Shown: positions 59,891-64,000 of the stretch, piece by piece
How positions within the stretch are numbered: the stretch's first letter is position 1
How the letters are laid out: every line of letters begins with the position of its first letter
Origin: Glaucostegus cemiculus
Taxonomy: Eukaryota
DNA length: 64,000 nucleotides
Assembly (NCBI GenBank): GCA_976551045.1
Contig: CDPCPM010000176.1
Coordinates: 8,680,001 to 8,744,000 of the forward strand
Direction: 5' to 3'
The notes under the pieces: generated by a model
Databases searched by the model: none
The model's input: only the letters and a program-made list of their open reading frames with translations
What the model was told of the DNA's origin: nothing
Program-made: the position numbers and the translations under genes

Positions 59891-60145
59891 ATTGGAATTG
59901 GTTAATTATTGTCACATGTACTAAAATACAGTGAAAAATCTAGTTTTGCCAGTCAATCATACAGATTATTTCTAAAGTGCATTGAGGTAGTACGAAGGAA
60001 AAGCAAAAACAGAATGCAGAATATAGAGTTACAGTTGCAGAGAAAGTGCAGTGCAGGTAGACAATAAGGTGCAAGGGCCATGGTGAGGTAGATTGTGAGG
60101 TTAAGAGTTCATCATTACTGTACAAGAGGTCCATTAAAGTGTCTC
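59891..60145 (-). mobile_element. Rex1/Babar 3' UTR fragment
   Basis: ttattgtcacatgtactaaaatacagtgaaaa...gttacagttgcagagaaagtgcagtgcagg...caataaggtgcaagg; similar to 8859-9068. Confidence 0.85.
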
Positions 60146-60704
60146 TGTCTTCTTTTAATCAGTGTTTGCTTATCACATCCAGGGCACATATATGTTAGGA
60201 GAGACAGGGCAAGAACATGTGTGCATTAACTGTGCCTTATTTTCCTCCCAATGTACCATATGTGACCTGGTGTCAGTTGCCTGGAGGGGATTTTCCAGGT
60301 TATGTTTTTCATTGATATTTCTCAGTTCCTTGCCTCTCCCAACCTACAGCACAGGGAGGGAAGGAGGGACCAAGGATCCTGATATTCTGGCAATAATGAT
60401 ACGCGTGGAAATAGTGATGAACCAGCTCTTCTTTTCACACTAGTCAATTTTGTATGAATGGAATTTCTGCTCTTTTATTTTCTGCACACCTATGCCACAT
60501 TGAACTTTTGGCTTTACTCTCTGTGATGTGAGACTAGAGCCCACATCTTGAGATTCAGAAGCAGGATAGGTTACCAATGTGCCACAGCCAACATCTAAAC
60601 GGAATAGTCGTTCTCTGGGAGATTTCACAGGAAATGGTAGCAACAGGGGTGGATTGAACAAGGATCTTCCACACTTTTAGATCTATGAACTGAGAGTCCC
60701 AAAA

Positions 60705-60905
60705 GAAATGCAAAAATCTGCAGATGCTCGAAATCTGAAATAAAAACAGAAAATACTGGGATAACTCAACAGATCAGGCAGCATCTACAGAGAGAGAAAC
60801 AGAATTAGTGTTTCAAGTCAATGATCCCGATGAACTTCAGTTCTGTGTCCCTCCCCGTAGATGCTGCCTAACCTGCTAACTATTTTTTAGCTGTTTTGTT
60901 TTTAG
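60705..60905. mobile_element. Palindromic Penelope-like terminal element
   Basis: ctgcagatgctcgaaatctgaaataaaaacagaaaat...caggcagcatctacagagagagaaacagaa | ttctgtgtccctccccgtagatgctgcctaacctgct. Confidence 0.78.
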
Positions 60906-61397
60906 CTGTGTGCCTGTGAAGTTTGGAGCCCACTGAAAAGACTGTTATCATATCATCCTAACTCTAATAAACAGCATGACTTATGCTTGGTAATTTTATC
61001 TATAATACAGAGGATGCTGGAGTTCTCAACTCTAATAAACAAGTGACTTGAAAGAATCCTTTTTATAAGCAAGAAAAGGTTTGATTGGTTACAACTAAAA
61101 AGAATATTTCTACTTAATAGAAAGACCAAATGTCAGGGTCACGAATATAAGGCAGTCACTAATAAATCCAACTGTAATTTGGGAAAATGAGGCTAAGAGT
61201 GACAACCCATTTTGAAGGAAGCCAGGTGAATAACCAAGAGATGAGGAAGGAAAGCACCTTTTGCATTCTGTACTTGAATCCAGATGGTCAGACAAGCTGT
61301 TCTACCACTGGGGCAGCACCCTTGTCTGACCCCCAGAGTAGAAACACCCAGAGACTTCAAGAGATGAGTGGGCAAATGGGAGTCTTATTCATGAAAT

Positions 61398-61590
61398 AGT
61401 CAGCAGATCTGGCAGCATCTGTGGAGAGAGAAACTGAGTTATGTTTCAGATCAATGATCTGTCATTAAAACAGTTCTGAAACATTAACTTTGTTTCCCTA
61501 CCCACAGGTGCTGCCCGACAGGCTGGGTACCTCAAGTAATTTCACTTTTTTATTTCAGATTTCCAGCATCTGCACGTTTGTGCTTTCCAT
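61398..61590. mobile_element. Palindromic Penelope-like terminal element
   Basis: tcagcagatctggcagcatctgtggagagagaaactgagttatgtttcag | ctgaaacattaactttgtttccctacccacaggtgctgcccgac...tttcagatttccagcatctgca. Confidence 0.78.
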
Positions 61591-61951
61591 CAGATGAAAG
61601 CAAACAGTTCCTGACTCCATTCAGCGAAAGGGGCAAGAACACAGTGTCTGTGCACTAACTGCCTAATGCTTTTTTCCAACCTCTCCCTCCCAAAACACTC
61701 CTCTTCAATAACATTTAGTATGGGATCTCCTGGCCTGGTCTCACTGACCTCAGGTCGAGGGGTCTCTGTCAGGGTATGTTTCCAGTGATATTTCCCTGGT
61801 TCTTGCCTCTATTACATTACAACCAGGGAAGGGGTGGGGATGAAGACCAAAAGTCCAGTTCTGATTTTGAGTCATTATGGTTACGTCAAGCCTGATGAAC
61901 CAGTTGTTATTATTTGCCAGTTAGTTTTGTATGAATATAAGTTGTACTCCC

Positions 61952-62096
61952 NNNNNNNNNNNNNNNNNNNNNNNNNNNNNNNNNNNNNNNNNNNNNNNNN
62001 NNNNNNNNNNNNNNNNNNNNNNNNNNNNNNNNNNNNNNNNNNNNNNNNNNNNNNNNNNNNNNNNNNNNNNNNNNNNNNNNNNNNNNNNNNNNNNNN
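61952..62096. other. N-block, 145 bp (gap or masked)
   Basis: Run of N with unique-sequence flanks. Confidence 0.99.
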
Positions 62097-62279
62097 CTTT
62101 CTCGGGATTGGAAGACTGCAACCGTATAATCTTCAGCTAACTCTAGGAATTAAGCCCAGAACCTTCTTCTCCAAGCATCAGCCAATATTCAATCTAAATA
62201 ATACTTTAAAGAATATAATCGTCAAATATAAGAAGAATTTTAGAAGTCATTATTGTATAATGGAGGCTGGGTTATACTT

Positions 62280-62860
62280 AAAAAAGCAGAGAGGAAGCTA
62301 TCATTTGATATTACAGAGATACGGTTAAACACACAGTTCTAATCATTCCTGCTTTGTCTCTGACTGTTTACCCATGAAATGTCCTTTTGCTGACAGTTAT
62401 GAAAGGTTGTAATTTTTAATAAAGCACAGAAAATTACACTTATTTTGTTAATAGCAATTACTCTGAGATTTCCCCCTTGTCAATTGTTTTGATCCGATTC
62501 TTAATGCAGTTTTTAGCAACCTTTTCAAATTCAACATTAGTATAATTGATACACAGGTAATTGATAATGTTGCCATGAATAATGTCGGTAATTTTCTACA
62601 AAATTCCATTTTTTAGCCATCTGGGCTCCCTAGCACTTCAAACGACACCCCTGAGATTTGAGGCAATAGCGGTAATTATCCACAAGTCATTTAATTTTTT
62701 TTTTGAAGTGTTTAGTGTTTAGCAGTTTCACATTAGAAGCTGCAGAGAAGCACTTCCCTGTTTTAATAGAGTGAATCGTTTTGTTAGTTTATGGCTTTAT
62801 GCTGCACTTGTTTTCATTTTTAATATAAAACTATTCTTTGGTGAAACAGTTAATTCTTTT
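62280..62860. promoter_or_regulatory. Candidate conserved non-coding element
   Basis: No repeat recognised; TGACAG (62391), paired TAATTGATA (62543, 62558), TAATTA (62673), CAATTA, TTTATGG. Confidence 0.5.
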
Positions 62861-63154
62861 CTGTTTTCTAATATGTAATGTGGTTTGTTAAGAATAAGTG
62901 CTAGCAATGAGCCTTTATTTTGATTCTCAGAGATGGGTGTGGATCGTGTAAGTGTGAGTGTTAATGGGACTGTGAGTGTGAGTATGAATGTGAATATGAG
63001 CTAAATGTGAGTGTAAATGTAACAAATGTGTACATAAATGACCAATGCTAAGTAAGAAGCATTCTAAATAAAATCCAAGCAACCTACAAAAGATGTTTCC
63101 TACCTACTGCATGTAACTCAAGGCACTGGGGTGAAGCTACTAAAGTTGCCTCTG

Positions 63155-63655
63155 TAAGTACTCAAAATTCATTGGCACACTGAGCAAAAGAGCATCAGAA
63201 ACCTCTTCCAGAGCAACATCGCCAACACCAAGGATCCTATTATACTCAGCCAGTTCCAATAGGTGTGCATACCCAATCCCAAAACAGGCAGTTTACTCTG
63301 TACCTCACCACTGCAAGGAATTACCAGCAGAAAATTCCTCGAGGATGTCCTCAAAGCCTCCTTGTAAAAATGTAACATCCTCGTCATCTTGTGGGAATCC
63401 CTGGCTCATGATCGTTCAAAGGAAGCAGAGGATTCAGAGAAGGACTTAGAACCTTCGTCAGGAGTAGACAGTGCAAGTGACTGATGGAGGGCAAAACATC
63501 CCAGACTAGCCACCTGCCTGCCCTATCGTGTGCTTCCTGCTCCATCTGTGGCAGAGTCTGCAGGTCCCACGTTGGCTTCATTCACTGCTCCAGACTCCAC
63601 AGAATGGAGTAGAAGCAGGTCATCCTTGTACCGAAGGGACCTCCTAAGAGAAGAA
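63155..63655 (+). mobile_element. RTE-clade LINE 3' end, decayed
   Basis: LKIHW, PKQAVYS, gatgtcctcaaagcctccttg (DVLKASL), WESLAHDRS, C-terminal CSICGRVCRSHVG zinc-finger-like motif; ends cctaagagaaga like 49175-49185. Confidence 0.82.
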
Positions 63656-64000
63656 TTGTCCACTGATGCATTTTGTGGGGAAGGATTACTGTTACCAGGG
63701 GTCTTATAAAGATGTCATGTTTGCAATAGTAACAGTGGATTCTCTTCTTGCAGATTCTAATAGACGGTGCAAGCACTTGTTTGTGTCAGTCTTCGCTCAG
63801 TAGGAGGTCTGCCAGCCAACAGCTTTCAACCTCACGTGAGACACTGGAACCTGTAATGAAAGTTGGCACTTAAGGTGCAGGACTGAGCCAAGGCTGCTTT
63901 GTAGGAAAAAACACCTCTGAAGTGGGGCTTTTAATCAGGTTGCAGTCCGAGGAAAAAGAGTGGACCTGCCCAGGCCAACATAATGTAGCTACAGTAACTC

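Overview
Eukaryotic, vertebrate-type non-coding DNA. The repeat content (several CR1 LINE subfamilies, V-SINEs of the HE1 type, Deu-SINE-like relics, Rex1/Babar, RTE and Penelope-like ends) points to a cartilaginous fish (shark or ray); this is inference. I recognise no host protein-coding exon or RNA gene. The long ORFs are retrotransposon RT fragments, their antisense shadows or read-through of tandem repeats. By eye roughly half the window is nested, decayed retroelements. Between them lie repeat-poor, AT-rich islands dense in homeodomain/Sox/TCF/Fox-type motifs, which resemble conserved non-coding elements of a gene desert or large intron. Four N-blocks (161, 181, 165 and 145 bp) fall in or beside these islands. 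Points of interest: a dispersed Penelope-like family carrying hammerhead ribozyme cores, often as palindromes; two young V-SINE subfamilies with one head but different LINE-derived tails; a solo LTR with a 5-bp target-site duplication; and an indel-free 48 x 34-bp minisatellite with higher-order structure. Coordinates of decayed repeats are approximate and family names come from motif recognition, not a database search.
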